Positions 52,345-64,000 of a stretch of 64,000 nt of DNA are shown piece after piece. Location of the stretch: assembly GCF_963921235.1 (NCBI RefSeq), contig NC_086097.1:191272001-191336000 (forward strand), in the 5' to 3' direction. The translations under genes were made by a program, and so were the position numbers. Source of the stretch: Mobula hypostoma. Its lineage: Eukaryota. The notes beneath the pieces were generated by a model. That model saw only the letters and a program-made list of their open reading frames with translations. It made no database searches and was not told where the DNA came from. The first letter of the stretch is position 1. Each line of letters begins with the position of its first letter.

Positions 52345-52539
52345 TTTCTTAGTCTATAAAAGGCTATGCTGTTCCTCTGTGGATAATGGGTAATTTCTTT
52401 TCTGAGGTCTGCCTTTGCTAAGAGATGGCTGCTGAGATATGGGCAATGGTCATACAGTGAACCTCTACTGTTGTACATGCAGCCAGGTTTTTAACTTTCA
52501 GGTGTTGAGGGTATATTCTAACTTATTGTAAAACTCGTC
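52345..52539 (-). pseudogene. Decayed exon
   Basis: tctatcag acceptor. Reads RVLQ*VRIYPQHLKVKNLAACTTVEVHCMTIAHISAAIS*.... Weak donor. Confidence 0.45.
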
Positions 52540-52724
52540 CTGATAGAATACATAAAAATAGTAATTTAAGATTATAGATTTCAATTAATTTTTCAATGTT
52601 CTTTTAATTGATGAGAACATTATGTGTCAAGGAAAGTTACCTCACAATGTACATACAAAATAGCCAAATCCCAAAAATTAGCCCTTACAGTTTGATACTT
52701 CTGTGAAATAGCCCTTCAAATTTA

Positions 52725-53111
52725 CACACATTCTTTCTCTCACTCTCCTTTTTCTCCCTCTGTCCCTCTGACTATACCCCGTGCCCATCTTCTGGGTTCC
52801 CTCCCACCCTGTCTTTCTCCCCGGACCTCCTGTCCCATGATCCTCTCATATCCCCTTTGCCAATCACCTGTCCAGCTCTTGACTCCATCCCTCCCCCTCC
52901 TATCCTCTCCTATAATTTTGTATCTCCCCCTCCCCCTCCCACTTTCAAATCTCTTACTAACTCTTCCTTCAGTTAGTCCTGACGAAGGGTCTCGGCCTGA
53001 AACGTCGACTGTACCTCTTCCTAGAGATGCTGCCTGGCCTACTGCGTTCACCAGCAACTTTGATGTGCGTTGCTTGAATTTCCAGCGTCTGCAGAATTCC
53101 TGTTGTTTGCG
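52725..53111 (+). mobile_element. Penelope-like element 3' end (pLTR) insertion
   Basis: Pyrimidine-rich tract followed by a hammerhead motif; 11-bp TSD cttcaaattta (52714-24 and 53112-22). Confidence 0.75.
52975..53010 (+). ncRNA. Minimal type I hammerhead ribozyme motif
   Basis: AGTC-CTGACGA-agg(gtctcgg)cct-GAAAC-GTC-GACT. CUGANGA and GAAA cores, GUC cleavage triplet, stem I AGUC/GACU, palindromic ACGU in place of a full stem III. Confidence 0.65.
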
Positions 53112-53764
53112 CTTCAAATTTAAGTATTCCTTTTCACTTCAGTGACCATTTTGCCTTAAAATTCATCAGGTGTTTTTACTTCACAGACCATAAGACACTA
53201 TTGCTTCCTACGGTAACTTTGCCAGGACTTTTCGTCAGAATTTAAGCAGAAGTTCATGACCCAGATCTATGCTGTAACATCTTGACACTTAACTGGCATT
53301 TATTTTCACCAGCAAGCTCTTTTTAGTTTTATAGATCAGTAACATCAGTTCATTAATATTTATATAATGGCCTAGCAGAATTAATAAAGAGGTTTTCTAA
53401 CCCATGTGCAATAAGAACCTAGTTTTTTTATGAAACTGCAAATATAGAGTTTAACTTCCACTTGACAGTGGTTAATGATGATCCCTAGGTAAACCTTCAG
53501 TATCATTAACAAGGAAAGACATTAATGAGAAAAGTGAGTAAAACAGCATAATTTTCAAACTTTCATTAGTTCAATACAATTCAATAAAATAAAGCACATG
53601 GAATAAAGGTATTCAAATGCTTGGTTATAATTTAGTAGTATTCACAGAGGTTGTATAACCAGTTATTCTATTTTCATTCACAATTCACGTCATTGTTTTT
53701 CATTATTAATGATTATCATAGGTTTACCTTGGAGTCTAAATTATTTTCAATATATAGATACTTA

Positions 53765-54325
53765 TGTCATGGTCCGGTCCATTAACTACTCATTTCAATT
53801 AATTTCCTTTTCCCTGTGTCCCACCGGGCTCCTTGATTAAGGCACCTGATCTTCATCTGAACCGGCAGGATAAAAACCCCACTTACAGCTACTCGGGGCT
53901 GGTCCGTCACTGTAGTCAGGGCAGCAATAAATGTTCCGAGCCGCCAAGAATAAGGGACCGTCTTCTGAGCTGCCAAAAATAAGAGACCATCTTCATGAGC
54001 TTCTCCATGTCAAGATACGTATTGTCTGTTGTTGTTTGTTTTTGTCGTCTCATGTCCAGCTGAGTGTTGCCGGCCGTTTTGCCGCTGCTCTGAGCCGGGA
54101 TGCGAGTGGTCCGTCATTGTTTTGTTTTGTAGGCTCCGAGTCCCAGTCCAAATCAAGGCTCCGAGTCCAGTCCAAGTCAAGGCTCCGAGTCCAGTCAAGG
54201 CTTCGTGTCCAGGTCAAGTCCAAGTCCAGGCTCTGTGTTCCATTTAAGTCCAAGTACATCTCCGTGTCAAGTCTCCTTGTCTGTGTCCTGCACTTGGGTC
54301 CGCTCCCAAACGCTGCATTGCAACA
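53765..54325 (+). mobile_element. Solo LTR related to 39969-40976
   Basis: tgtcatggtccgg...gcaaca; perfect TSD ACTTA (53760-64 and 54326-30). Confidence 0.85.
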
Positions 54326-55004
54326 ACTTATCTATGGAGCAAGTCATACAATTCAGGAAATAAAAGTGAGCGTGGGCCAAATTTATTCTTCTTTTCTTGA
54401 GTGGTATTATATAACATGAAGAGCTAAAAAGTTTTCAGAATGAGACTGGTATTGTACCAGAGCATATTGCAATACTGAATTTTCACCTCCATTCTAATAA
54501 TGCAGTAATCCTCTAGTAGACCTTCAACTTTTGTAACTGCTGAGTACTCTAATTGTTTAATATTCACTTTTGCAGTTTCAAAAAACATCTGCATAAGTAA
54601 TAATTACTTGACAGGGATTCTTCATCTTATCAGCCAGATCCATCGCTAGTCAAAGTTATTGGAATTCTGTCTGGCTCTACATATAGCAGGTATGGAAGTG
54701 ACATATAGCTATTTTTGTTTGGTTAATTTAGGACTAGTGAACATTGTGAAATTTATCGTCAAGGAGAAAGAGGGGTGGTCAAAACAAGCATTTGGTGATA
54801 TGCCCATCTGAAACTGAGCTTCATCCATGGCAGATTTACAAGATGCAGAGGTTATTTTTCCGCACATCTAGCCACTGTCCTGGCCAGTTACGTTCCTCTC
54901 AAAAGTGTCAGAAGAGATTGAAAGGGTAAAATCTAACCCTATGGCATATGCATATTAAATATTACTGATACCAGTGCAATTGCAGTACAGTATTCAATGC
55001 ATAC

Positions 55005-57480
55005 GCTCTCCTCCTCCGTGATCCACAGTTTACATACCGCCAAAAGCTGACATAAACCAAACATTTAATATTGAATGCTGCTGTCACCAAACAAGAAACT
55101 GCATTTCAAATCATAGTCAGGAAGTTCCTGTTTGAAGAAATCTCTGCCCAATTATCATCAACATATAATCTGCAACACCAGGGGTCCCAACACACTAGAC
55201 CACTCCTATATTGTGATTAAGAATGCCAACTGTTCCATGCTTGGACTGCATTTCAGGAAACCTAATCATTTGGTTGTCCTACATACGTATAGGCAGAGGC
55301 TAAAAAGCAAGGCCCCAGAGATAAGGACATCAAAGAGGTGGTCACAGGAGCTAGAGGAGTGGCAATGGGATTGCTTCAAGGCGGTGGATTGGGCCATGTT
55401 TAAGGACTTTTCAGAGGATCTGAAAGAATAGACCACGGTTGTCACAGACTTTATTAAAACAGTTGTGGACAAGTGTATACCACCAAAATCATTCACAATC
55501 TTCCCCAACCAGTAGCCCTAGATGAACCATTAGACCTGCAGCCTGCTGAAGGCCAGATCAGTGGCATTCAGGTCTGCTGACTAAGTGAAATACTATTGAT
55601 CTAGGTACAATTGTACAATTTCTGGAAAACCATTCCATGTGCAATGTGTCAATTCCAGACCAAACTTGAATCACTGAATGATTCTCGACAGCTGTGGCTG
55701 TGCTTGAGTACTATTTCCCCTTACTAAGGGAAACCAAGTGACATAGGTGACAACAAGGATTCACTTCCAGATGAGCTCAATACCTTCTATGTTTGCTTTG
55801 ACTATCAAAATATGGAGCAAGCTTCATGGACTCCCACAGCCCCCGAACACTCAATGATTTCAGACTCTGAGGATGATGTGAGAGCACCCTTTACAAAGAT
55901 GAAACCACAGAAAGCATCCAGCCCAGATGGAGTACATGCCTGAGTACTAAAGACCCATGCTGATCAACTCACTGGAGTGCTCACTGAGATCTTTAACCTC
56001 TCACTTTTGCAGTCTGAGATATCCATCTGCTTCAAACTGTCTACAATTATATAGGGGGCCCAAGAAGAACGTGGTGATCTGCCTCAATGACTCACATCCT
56101 GTAGCACTTACATCCACTGTGAAGAAATGTTTTGAGAGGTTGGTGATGAAACACATCAACTTCTGCCTGAGAAGTAACATGGAGTAATTTGCCTGTTAGC
56201 ACAACAAGTCCACGGCAGATGCCATTTCACTGGCTCTTCACTCAACCCTGGAACATCTAGATAACAAAGGTGCATACATCAGGATGCTCTTTATCAATTA
56301 CAGCTCAGCATTCTATCACCCCCCTCAAACCTAATCAATAAGCTTTAAGACCTTGGCCTCAGTACCTGCTGGTGCAATGGGATCCTTGATTTCCTCATTT
56401 GCAACTGCAAGTCACTTTGGATTGGAGCTCCTCCACAATCTCCATCAGCACAGGTCCACTACAAGGCTTCTGCTCTACTCGCTTTATACTTATCACTGTG
56501 TGGCTAAGCACACCTCTCATGCCATATTCAAGTTTGCTGATGACACCACTGTCATAGATCAGATCAAATGTGGTGATGAATCAGCATAGAGGAGGGAGAT
56601 TCAAAAGTGGTGCTACAACATCCTTTCACTCAATGTCAGCAAGGAGCTGATTATTGACTTCAAGTAGATTAAACCAGAGGTCCATGAGCCAGACATCTTT
56701 GGTGTATCAGAGGTAAAGAAGATTAGCAACTTTAAATTACTCAGTGTTATCATTTCAGAGGATTTGTCCTGGGCCCAGCATGGAAATGTATTTACAGAGA
56801 AAACACGGCAGTGCCTATACTTCTATAGAAGATTGTAAAGATTCAGCATGACATCTAAAACTTTAACAAATTTCTATAGATGTATGGTGAAGAGCTTATT
56901 GACTGCTTGTGTCATGGCCTGATAAGGAAACACTAATGCCTTTGAACAGAAAGTCTTAGAAAATGGAGTGGAGATAGCCCAGTCCATCATGGTTAAAACC
57001 CTGCTGACCATGGAGCACATTTGTACGGAGCGCTGTGGCAGGAAAGCAGCATCCATCATGAAGGAGCCCCCACCAGCCTGGCCCGTTCCCTTGTTCCTGC
57101 TATCGGGAAAAAGGCAGAGAAGCTTCAGGACCACACCATCAGGTTCAGCAAGTTATTACCCCTCAGCCTGCAGACTCTTGAACCAGCGGGATAACGTCAC
57201 TCAGCTTCGTTCACTCCATCACTGAAATTTCCCCACAGCCAATGGACTAACTTTCAAGGACTCTTCATTTTATGTTCTCAATATTTATTGCTTTTTCCTC
57301 TTTCATATTTGCACAGTTTGTTATCCTTTTCACACTGGTTGTTTGTCCATCCTGTTGGGTATGGTCTTTCATTGATGCTATTGTGTTTATAAGATTTACT
57401 GTGTACATCCACAAGAAAACGAGTCTCAGGGTTGCATATGGTGACTTGTATGTAATTTGATGATACACTTCCTTTGAACT
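55005..57480 (+). mobile_element. Long degenerate Rex1/Babar LINE (EN + RT)
   Basis: LPNYHQHIICNTRGPNTLDHSY; CLNDSHPVALTSTVKKCFERLV; IFKFADDTTV; tail ...ctttgaact. Confidence 0.88.
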
Positions 57481-57729
57481 TGTCTTTGGTACAGGTCATA
57501 TTGGTGAGCTGGAAGTTCATTCAATGTGTATGCCGACAGTATATTTCCCAAGTAGGCAGAGTGAGCTACTCAATGTTGAATTGACACAAGAGCTCCTATT
57601 CTGGAGCTCAGCATTTGTGCTAAGACTCTTCCAGCCTCATGGAGTCATGCTTGAACCATTTCATCAACTACCTCTACCTGCAGGATTGTTCTTAGTTGAA
57701 TTCTACTGAAGTATATAACTGTATAAACC

Positions 57730-57971
57730 TCCGGCATTTTATCAGACTTCACTTTTACTTAAGTCAACAGAGAAAGATGGCACATAAATGCAATTTGTTT
57801 TGTTAAAAGCTTCTGTACACAACAGTTGGTCTCAGATGTCTGGACTCAAAGGTATTACTGATCAATGAGCAGTCAGCATACAGATCAAGAAGATGAGGGA
57901 GGAAGAAGAGGAGGTGTGCTCTCTGCTGGAGTCCACTTGCATTTATTATTGTCAAGGAGAAATACTCCCAC
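57730..57971 (-). pseudogene. Decayed exon, 3' boundary uncertain
   Basis: gagtttcag|G TGG GAG... reads WEYFSLTIINASGLQQRAHLLFFLPHLLDLYADCSLISNTFESRHL (ORF 57803..58006). Confidence 0.55.
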
Positions 57972-58810
57972 CTGAAACTCACAAAGAGTATGTAGTATAT
58001 CAGCATTTCTCATTGAAATCAGTCTTCATTTGTAGCCACAACTAAAACTTCAGAGAAAGGTCAGCCCTGCATATCCAAAAGCTATTGCAAATGTGAAAAT
58101 CAACTCTGATACACAGCTTCCTCCAAGCTGAAGGAAAAGATATTTGCAAACTCACATAACATAATATTTGCTGTTAGATATTGAATGTCATTGGGATTAT
58201 CTATTTATTACAGAATTGGCTACATTTAATTTCAGGTGGGGTGACTTTATGGTTTTAGAATAATTGCAGCCTTCTGTATACAGTGGAGTGTCCTGAATGA
58301 GCATGTCACAGGAATTGTATATGAATCCAAAGGGGTTTAATCCCCTCAATATTTAGATTGAGTAGTAAAAATAATGTTATGATTACTTGGAAGACACCTA
58401 AATAGCTAACATTCAAATCATGTCAATGTAGTGCAGTCCCTGTCAGATGTTAGAAGTCTATTGCTGTTCATCCTTTGACAAATTCCTTATTAATCACAAA
58501 TGTCAGTGCATTATTCTCTCTATGGAGAATAAAGGGAGTTAGTGAACAAAATCCAGAGGAGGATGGTATATGTTTAGCTGGTAGTAGATTATGATAATTT
58601 CTTAAGTAATTTGGTCAGGGCTGCTATTAATTTATTCTATGGTGCAATTGCCATTGGCAAGTGGAGTATGAGGAATCATTAATTATGCAGAAAACTGGAG
58701 AGTGGCTGGCATCAAACAACCACAGAGCAATTGACAACCTAAGTAAGCTCAAAGAAAAACTTTGCTGAACATGGGGATAGTCCGATAATACCGTATGTAC
58801 ACATATTCAC

Positions 58811-59033
58811 CTACTGAAAATGGGACAAGATATAGGCAAAAATATAGATCAGTTTCTGTGCATATATTTTAAATCACAGGTGCATTTCCTTGGAGTACGA
58901 GATGATAGATATTATCTTCACCTTTGCTGTGGATTAGCATCATCTAACATAGGAGGCTGGTGAATTGATCATAAGCTTTTGTCTGCTTTTGAAGAATTCC
59001 AAATGATTTTGCTTTCATGCTTTTCTCGTGGAA
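58811..59033 (-). pseudogene. Decayed exon (223 nt)
   Basis: cattttcag|TTC CAC GAG... reads FHEKSMKAKSFGILQKQTKAYDQFTSLLC*MMLIHSKGEDNIYHLVLQGNAPVI*.... Donor |gtgaat. Confidence 0.65.
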
Positions 59034-59794
59034 CTGAAAATGTTTAATTTTCAAGTATAAATCCTATCTGCATGTATCAATAAACTTAAGATCAAATTTT
59101 ATACTCAAAATATTCTCATTATATCCACTTCCTAAAATATTAAATTTAAATATCATGCAATATACAAACATGATACACTTAGTGCCCATTACCTCCTGTA
59201 CTTAATAAAGTGGTTACTGAGTGTATGTTCATAGTCTTCTGCAGCTGTAGCCTATCCACTTCAAGGTTCAATGTGTTGAGAGGTGCATTCAGAAATGCTC
59301 TTCTCCATGTCAATGTTGAGATGTGTAGTTATTTGAGTTACTGTTGCCTTCCTGTTGGCTTGGACCATTCTCCTCTGACCTTTCTCAGTGACAAGGTATT
59401 TTCAACAAGAAAACTGATGCTCACTAGATTTTTTGTTTATTTGTTTTTGGCACCATTCTCTGTAAACTCAAGACTGTTGTGTGTGAAAATGATGAGACAC
59501 TTTATTCGGGGTGGTCTCAGCAGCCCGTTTCCCTCACAAATGTTGCCTGATCTGCTGAGCTCCTCCAGTGCTTTGTTTTTGTTTTGCTCAAGATTCCAAC
59601 GGCTGAAGCCTCATGTGTTCCACAGGTTCATGTTGGCTTCAATTTATTGCCTTTAATTTCACTGGGCACACGAATTGTGTTCTTCTTGGCAGATTCCAGT
59701 ATTTGTTTTTTTAATACAGATATGTAATTCCCAGGATGATGTTTCTAGCTTCTTTAAAAAGTTGTTTCTTTCTAATTGTTTGAAGCTACTCTAC

Positions 59795-60041
59795 CTATAC
59801 ATTGCAAATGTTTTTACCAGTGTAGCAGTTACTCCTCATTTCTTTTAGTAGTCTTAAATGCATTTTTATCTCTGTAGTTTGATAACACAGCTTCCCAACT
59901 GCACTGAACATTGGGTGACAAACCAAGTGCCAGTTCTTCGTCTGAAAGATGTAGCGGGTAATTTTCATCCATCCCACTGAGGCAAACATCTTTGTTGCAT
60001 CTTCATCATATGTATGGACATCGCATTCTCTCCAGAGCACC
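59795..60041 (-). pseudogene. Exon (247 nt), open except for its last codon (TAG)
   Basis: ttatcacag|G GTG CTC TGG... matches ORF 59795..60040 (VLWRECDVHTYDEDATKMFASVGWMKITRYIFQ...). Ends GTA TAG|gtagag, probably CAG>TAG. Confidence 0.75.
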
Positions 60042-60334
60042 CTGTGATAAAGAATGCCTCAGGGAAGAAAACATATGAGACAAGTATTACTGCTGAATGC
60101 AAGAAAAGTCTTGGAGCAGGCTGTAGGGAAATTCTTAAAGTTAATTGTTCTCAATTTTTAAAGTGAATTTTCAAGTTTTCTTTGAAGATTTCATTTTTTA
60201 TTGAATTCTAAGACCTTGACAGTTGATTCAGTTTTTCTTTGAAGAAAAGTATATTCAAAATTTCTTAGTGCTTTATAGAATTTCAGTTTGTAGACTCGGT
60301 CTTGAGGTCAATTGATGGTCCTACTGCTACTTAC

Positions 60335-60488
60335 CTGGCTATGAACAGGAAAAAGGATCAGGGAAATAAATCATCATGGAGACACCAGGTTGCTAAAGCT
60401 GCAAAAGTGGTCGCTGGTCCCTGCCATTATCTGTGCTTCACATATGTTTCGTACCTCTGGACACAGGATGGACATCCTTCATGAAACA
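60335..60488 (-). pseudogene. Decayed exon (154 nt)
   Basis: ggttag|TG...GCC AG|gtaagt. Reads FHEGCPSCVQRYETYVKHR*WQGPATTFAALATWCLHDDLFP*SFFLFIA. Phase 1 in and phase 2 out match both neighbours. Confidence 0.75.
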
Positions 60489-61055
60489 CTAACCAAGATA
60501 TTTTAATTGCTAGTTTGCTATTGCCAGCTTATAGCAGAAAACCTTTAGATCTGAGCCCACTACCAACAGAATTTTAAATTTCTGCTGGTCCAGGAACACC
60601 ATTTCATTACACATTTTTGTACTATTTATCCACATACTATATTAGTTATCGTAATCTATGTCTTAGTACAATACTGCTACTGCAAAATAACAAATTTCAC
60701 ATTGTGAAAGTCAATGGGCTCTTAATCTGAATATTGTAGGTTTTTTATTTATAGAACATAGAATGGTACAACACAGCATGGGCACTTCGGCCCATGATAT
60801 TGTGCTGACCTATATAAACCCACTCCATGATCAGTCTAACCCTTCCCTCCTACACAATCCTTTACCCTACACTTCTCTTCCAACCACGTGCCTATCTAAG
60901 TACTTTAAAAGTCCCTATTGTATTCACCTCAATCACCATCTCTGGTTGTGGGCTACAGGCACCCACCACTCCCTGTGTAGTTTTAAAAAAACCCAGATTC
61001 TGACATCACCCCGATCCTTTGCTCCATTCACCGCAAATGGATGCTGGCACTTGCT

Positions 61056-61147
61056 GTCCTCTGGTATTGGCAATGGATGCCCTCTGGGATTGGCAATGGA
61101 TGTCCTCTGGGATTGCCAATGGATGTCCTCTGGGATGGCCAATTGCT
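61056..61147. repeat. 23-bp minisatellite, 4 copies
   Basis: Unit tgtcctctgggattggcaatgga. Confidence 0.8.
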
Positions 61148-61729
61148 AACAAGAGAGAATCTGCGGATGCTGGAAATTCGAGCAACACACACAAAATGCT
61201 GGAGGAACTCAGTAGGCCAGGCAGCACCTATGGAAAAGAGTGCAGTCACTGTTTCTGGCCGAGACCCTTCAGCATGCCTGGAGGGAAAAAAAAGCAGAGG
61301 AGTAGATTTAAAAGGTGGGGGGAGGGGAAGAGAGAGACACAAGATGAAAGGTGAAACCTGAAGGGGGAGAGGTGAAGTAAAGAGCTAGGAAGTAAATTGG
61401 TGAAGGAGACAGAAGGCCGTGGAAGACAGAAAATGGAGGAGGAGCACCAGAGGGAGGCGATGGGCAGGCAAGGAGTTAAGGTGAGAGAGGGAAAAGAGGA
61501 TGGGAAATGGATGGTGAAAGAGAGCGGGGTGAGGGGCATCATCAGCAGTTTGAGAAATCAATGACCCCCATCCCTGCCGCTCTCCTTCACCATATCCCAA
61601 TCCCTTTTCCATCTCTCATTTTATCTCCTTGCTCACCCATCACCTCCCTCTGGTGTTCTTCCCCTCTTTTCTTTCTTCATTCTTCATTGGCAATTGCTGC
61701 CCGGGAACAAAGGTGCTGGCTAAACATGC

Positions 61730-61798
61730 TATATATATATATATATACACACACACACATACACACACATATACATATATATCATATATATATATATC
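61730..61798. repeat. Compound (TA)n/(CA)n microsatellite
   Basis: Directly visible. Confidence 0.9.
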
Positions 61799-62439
61799 TC
61801 TCTTATATCAAGCTGCCTCTCATCCTGCTTCACTCCAAAGAGAAAATCCCTTGCTTGCCTTGCTTGTTCAACCTACCCTCATGTTTTCTATTCCAGGTGC
61901 CATCCTCCTCTGCAGTTTCTTTGAAGCTTCCACATCCTTCCCTTAATAGTGGTGACCAGAACTGAAATGAACAGAATACTCCAAGTGTACTCTAACCAGA
62001 GGTTTATAGACATGCAACATTAAGTCAGGACTCTTGAACTCAATGCCTCAATGAAGGTGAGCACACCATGAAATTATGTGGCAACTTAGAGAGATCAATG
62101 GATTTGGATCCCAAGGTTCTTCCACTCGTCCACACTGCTAAGAATCCTGCCATTAACCTTCTACTCTGCCTTCAAGATTGACCTTCCAAATGTATCACTG
62201 ACACAGAAGGGAACTACCAGTTGAGTTCCAGCTGACACTTCAAGTTTTGAAAGTTAATGGATTAATCTGATCGTCAAATGATCAATGTGAACATCTTCAG
62301 CAATTTTCAAACCGAGAACTTGAGTGCATTCATTTGTTTCATCAAACTTTCTGTAAAATCACATTATATTTCCATCAAAATGTCCAATAGGTCATCAGTC
62401 CAGGTATTGAATATATGAGATGGGAAAATATGTTTGAGT

Positions 62440-62830
62440 TATATATGATGATGGGGAGGATGCACCTGGGATATTGTGTAGATTTTTGGTCACCCTGTTT
62501 TAGGGAAAATATTATTAAACTAGAAAGTGAAGAAAAGATTTACCAGGATCTGCTGTGAGCCTGGGGGCCTGAGTTACAAGGAGAGGTTGCATAGACTTCA
62601 TTGCCCGGAACAGTGAGGAGCACAGACAGTGAAAGGACGTCATCCTTTTTCACATGGACAGGTGCTAATAAAAGGCAATCATTTTAAGATCAGAGGTGGG
62701 AGATTTAAAAGGGAAATCAACGATAGCTTCTTTACATAAAGGGAGGTGCGTATTTAGCTATCAGAAATGATGGTTGAAGCAGGCATATTAGCAAAATTTA
62801 AACATCATCTAGATAAGTACATGGACTGTT
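62440..62830 (+). mobile_element. Old CR1 3' fragment
   Basis: cacctgggatattgtgtagatttttggtcaccc (HLGYCVDFWSP-like). Confidence 0.65.
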
Positions 62831-63213
62831 TAAAAAGAAAAAAAAGAACGTTGATCTATAAGCTATCACACATGGTTCAAAAATATTTGCAATACAAATC
62901 ATTCACTGATATGTTTTAATTTTGAGATCTTAAAAATCAAAGGATAATTGAGTGAGGTTATGAAGCCAATGTTTTGATACAATAAAATATGAATATATAA
63001 ATGTGAAATGAAATAGTAATGTTTATTTCTCTGCAGACACTTGCACATTGGCACATTCCAAAAATATAGCATCAATTCTCTTTGCTGCTTCGGTAAGTGA
63101 CTATGTTTTATTTATGGAGAAACATGGATTAGAAAAGATTTTAAAGCTCAAAATTAGTGTTCCCAGTATTATCTTTCACAAAAGAAAAAAATACATCATA
63201 GAATGTGAGGTAC

Positions 63214-63966
63214 CTTTACTCTTAAAGTAGTTATTGATGCAATGTAAAAGACATGACAGTCAATCTGCCAACACCATGATCCCATAAAGATACAGATACA
63301 TAATGTCTATTTTTAGTAATATAAGGTGAGAGCTAAATATCACTGGGATACTAAGGATAATTCCTATGCTGAAAAGTGTGGCTTGTAACCTAATAGCCAA
63401 TAAGAGCATCTTATCCAATGAACAGAACCCCCTAAGAGCAGTGTTTTTTATATATCATATCTCCTTTGACTTGAAGTCACAATGTTCTGTCACAGAGCAA
63501 AAGTACTACCAGTAGGACTGCAACTACTACATCTGTGTTGTCAAGCTAATGAATTAATCTGGAAAAGTAAGTGAAAATTTTCCACAGAGATCTAGGCAGT
63601 GATGTATGCAATTGATATAAAGTTCATGAACACCAAGAGTCAGGAATTATATTTACATTGGCTCAGCTCATGGCCATAAATTGCACAAATTCTGTGTAAA
63701 GCAGGAATAAGCCCATTTAATGCATCAAAAAAAGGGTGATAACCTTGGGAAAATTACAATGTTCACTAATCTCAGCAGCACATTCAGAGGAAGGGCCAGA
63801 AAAGAATGAAACGTTTGTTTGGTCATCCATCTGATGGCCTTTTAGCCAAACAGCATGCCTCATCAATCATTTCCACATCCTTTTTCTTGTTCACAGACTC
63901 AAGCCCTTCACAAGAAAATATAAGGCATTATACAAAGACTCTTGGCTGTGAGTCATGGCTGTGCAC
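63214..63966 (-). pseudogene. Decayed exon (~750 nt)
   Basis: Strong acceptor ttgtcttccttctctccag. Reads CTAMTHSQESLYNALYFLVKGLSL*TRKRMWK*LMRHAVWLKGHQ..., then frameshifts (DALNGLIPALHRICAIYGHEL..., SLWDHGVGRL). Ends AAA G|gtacct, phase 1. Confidence 0.65.
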
Positions 63967-64000
63967 CTGGAGAGAAGGAAGACAAACAATGAGTGCCAGT

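Larger units (their letters stand above)
52689..53371 (-). pseudogene. Decayed exon interrupted by a Penelope-like insertion
   Basis: ctgctag|GC CAT TAT... reads HYININELMLLIYKTKKSLLVKINAS*...KEYLNLK, then the insertion, then GYFTEVSN|gtaagg. The frame is continuous once the insert and one TSD copy are removed. Confidence 0.6.
53728..57677 (-). pseudogene. Decayed large exon split by a Rex1 LINE (~55005-57480) and a solo LTR (53765-54325)
   Basis: ctgcag|VEVVDEMVQA*LHEAGRVLAQMLSSRIGALVSIQH*VAHSAYLGNILSAY... stops at the LINE 3' end. Resumes below 55005 (AYAIGLDFTLSISSDTF...; MQMFFETAKVNIKQLEYSAVTKVEGLLEDYC...GPRSLLFPELYDLLH). Candidate donor AAG|gtaaac at 53727. Confidence 0.6.
60755..62200 (-). 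mobile_element. CR1 3' remnant with nested Penelope fragments (~61148-61680)
   Basis: atagaacatagaa tail; Penelope end aacaagagagaatctgcggatgctgg... followed by a purine-rich tract. Confidence 0.65.
5170..63966 (-). pseudogene. Large multi-exon decayed protein-coding gene of unknown identity (candidate unitary pseudogene), probably extending beyond both window ends
   Basis: Non-repeat islands between TEs read as long minus-strand frames with few stops, bounded by polypyrimidine-AG and GT donors. Phases match at 63214>60488, 60335>60041, 59795>59033, 51988>46428, 42807>30165, 24659>24607, 24545>18680, 18610>18461, 13706>11444, 11378>10442 and 9690>5257. Confidence 0.8.

Noticed and set aside
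57495..57709. Plus-strand terminal exon (tacag|GHIGELEVHSM...)
   Set aside because: No partner plus-strand exons found; it is the antisense of a minus-strand pseudo-exon.
5170..63966. Assigning a gene symbol to the pseudogene
   Set aside because: I recognised no diagnostic motif of any known giant protein; a database search is required.

Overview
AT-rich eukaryotic genomic DNA. The repeat set (many CR1 LINEs, Rex1/Babar, RTE, L1-clade, HE1-like V-SINE, Penelope-like element ends, Tc1, Gypsy solo LTRs) suggests a cartilaginous fish; this is an inference. I find no intact host gene. The main non-repeat signal is a chain of more than 20 decayed exons on the minus strand, running from about 63966 to 5170 and probably beyond both window ends. 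They have AG/GT boundaries, protein-like frames with scattered stops and frameshifts, and matching splice phases at 11 junctions I checked by hand. Together they give roughly 10 kb of former coding sequence: a very large (>3000 aa) protein I cannot identify, now apparently a pseudogene, with several exons split by transposon insertions. Also notable: Penelope-derived insertions carrying minimal hammerhead-ribozyme motifs (one with an intact core), some as TSD-flanked foldbacks; a Chapaev3-like (CMC) DNA transposon remnant; near-identical young CR1 copies; and a solo-LTR family whose length varies through internal tandem repeats.
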